A stretch of 61,354 nucleotides of DNA, the filler included, from Deltaproteobacteria bacterium (GTDB lineage: Bacteria; JAEEML01): assembly GCA_016283195.1 (NCBI GenBank). It is 6 parts of 6 records of this genome, joined end to end, with 100 filler letters (N's around TTAATTAATTAA, not from the genome) between each part and the next. Parts side by side here need not be neighbours in the genome. Positions count along the whole stretch, not along the records: positions 57,345 to 61,354 come from JAEEML010000056.1; 5 more parts are not named here. One strand, 5' to 3'. This document shows, piece by piece, positions 60,282-61,354 of this stretch. A program made the position numbers and the translations under genes. The notes under the pieces are model-generated. The model saw nothing but the letters and a program-made list of their open reading frames with translations, was not told the origin of the DNA and searched no databases. Positions within the stretch are counted from its first letter, which is position 1, and the number at the start of each line of letters is the position of its first letter.

Positions 60282-61354
60282 ATGAGAAACGTTCATATAG
60301 AAAAGAAGTATATGCTGAGGTATCGCGTCCCCGCTATTTTTGTCATTTGTGCTTGTATAGGCGGTATGCTGATAGCTGGTATTTCTTTTGTAACTATGAC
60401 CTTTTCATCTATCAGCCATAACGGAAGAATCGCTGCGCAATTTATAGATTTTTTGGCCCCCACTCTAAACAGTATCATTGCCAAAGGTGATGCTGCCGCC
60501 ATCGAAAAAAAATTTGCCGAAACAAAGCATCTTTCCGGCATAGCATACGGTGCTTTGCTGGATGCCAAAGGAAAAGTTTTAACCGAATGGCAATCGGAAG
60601 AAACGGAACTCGATTTTAATGCCAAATATGTGCAAGGTATAGAATCCTCATCGCTGGAGAGAAAAGGAAATACCTTTTACCTTAAAATACCGCTGGATAA
60701 AGCCGAAAACCACGCGGTGCTGGTTGGCCTTGACGCCGGTAGAATCATGGGCGAGCAGATCTCGAAGTTTGGTATTTTTTATTTTATCTTTTTATGCGGA
60801 TGTTTAGCATTTTTCTTTGCTGCTCTTTATGAGACTAAAAAGCATATGACCAGCCCTACAACCAGTATTTGTGAATATGCCGCCGATATTTTGCAAAATA
60901 ATGACCTCACCCGTACTCATCCCGTTGAAGTCAGAACGGAAATCGGCCAGATGACTGTTGTCATTAATACTATTACCGAAAAAATGCATACTATGCTTTT
61001 GGCCCTTAAAGATACCTGCGTGAAGTTTGAAGAGGTAGTTAAAGAGCTTGGCAACTCCGGCAATAATATTTCGCATGATTCCGTAATTATTAAACAAAGC
61101 GTGGTTAGTGCCAATGCCAAGATGGATGAGCTCACCAGTTCGTTTTTTGAAGTTACGGCTAAATTGCAAGAGCTGGCCGCCCAGAGCGAGCGCGGCTCTA
61201 CCACGGTTTATGAGATGAGCCAGGTTAATCAGGAAGTCTTTGACAATGTGAACGGCATGAGTGCCTCGGTTAGCCAGTCGCTTAAAGCCATTGAGCAGAT
61301 GACGGGAGCCATTGAGAAGACAGCCGCCCATGTGGAGCAGCTTAATAACGACAT
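60282..61354 (+). CDS. Third MCP paralog (3' end runs off the window)
   Basis: ATG 60282 after GAGGAG; reads KLQELAAQSERGSTTVYEMSQVNQEVFDNV, matching the MCPs at 3510 and 5651. Confidence 0.9.
   Translation, partial: MRNVHIEKKYMLRYRVPAIFVICACIGGMLIAGISFVTMTFSSISHNGRIAAQFIDFLAPTLNSIIAKGDAAAIEKKFAETKHLSGIAYGALLDAKGKVLTEWQSEETELDFNAKYVQGIESSSLERKGNTFYLKIPLDKAENHAVLVGLDAGRIMGEQISKFGIFYFIFLCGCLAFFFAALYETKKHMTSPTTSICEYAADILQNNDLTRTHPVEVRTEIGQMTVVINTITEKMHTMLLALKDTCVKFEEVVKELGNSGNNISHDSVIIKQSVVSANAKMDELTSSFFEVTAKLQELAAQSERGSTTVYEMSQVNQEVFDNVNGMSASVSQSLKAIEQMTGAIEKTAAHVEQLNND

Overview
This window is six contig pieces joined by five artificial 100-nt spacers (44 N + TTAATTAATTAA + 44 N), so adjacency across spacers is not evidence of linkage. 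Gene content suggests a Myxococcota/delta-proteobacterium-like organism, probably gut or rumen associated (inference). Housekeeping genes: nupC-pdp, recQ-like, pnp fragment, aroC, tRNA-Val(GAC), mtaB, EF-G paralog, tsaC-like, kdsD, rimI, polA. Motility, sensing and surface genes: pilB-pilT-pilC, a second PilT, three very long MCPs, two CglC-like lipoproteins, an orphan FliJ/SctO, a fibre-like adhesin and FISUMP-domain proteins. The most notable signals are: (1) a 4x FISUMP protein whose two near-identical domains diverge almost only in a short C-terminal segment, mostly at codon positions 1-2, as in DGR variable regions, with no RT or template in the window; (2) defence loci (a CARF-nuclease and type I R-M hsdR/hsdM) collapsed by large internal deletions; (3) an orphan consensus sigma-54 promoter ahead of a candidate anti-SD sRNA; (4) a ~200-nt rod-like structured non-coding element; (5) an Rpn gene with an internal SD+ATG, plus scattered Rpn C-terminal remnants; (6) a pair of single-repeat TolC-like genes. 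No CRISPR array or rRNA was seen. All family calls come from motif recognition, not database searches.
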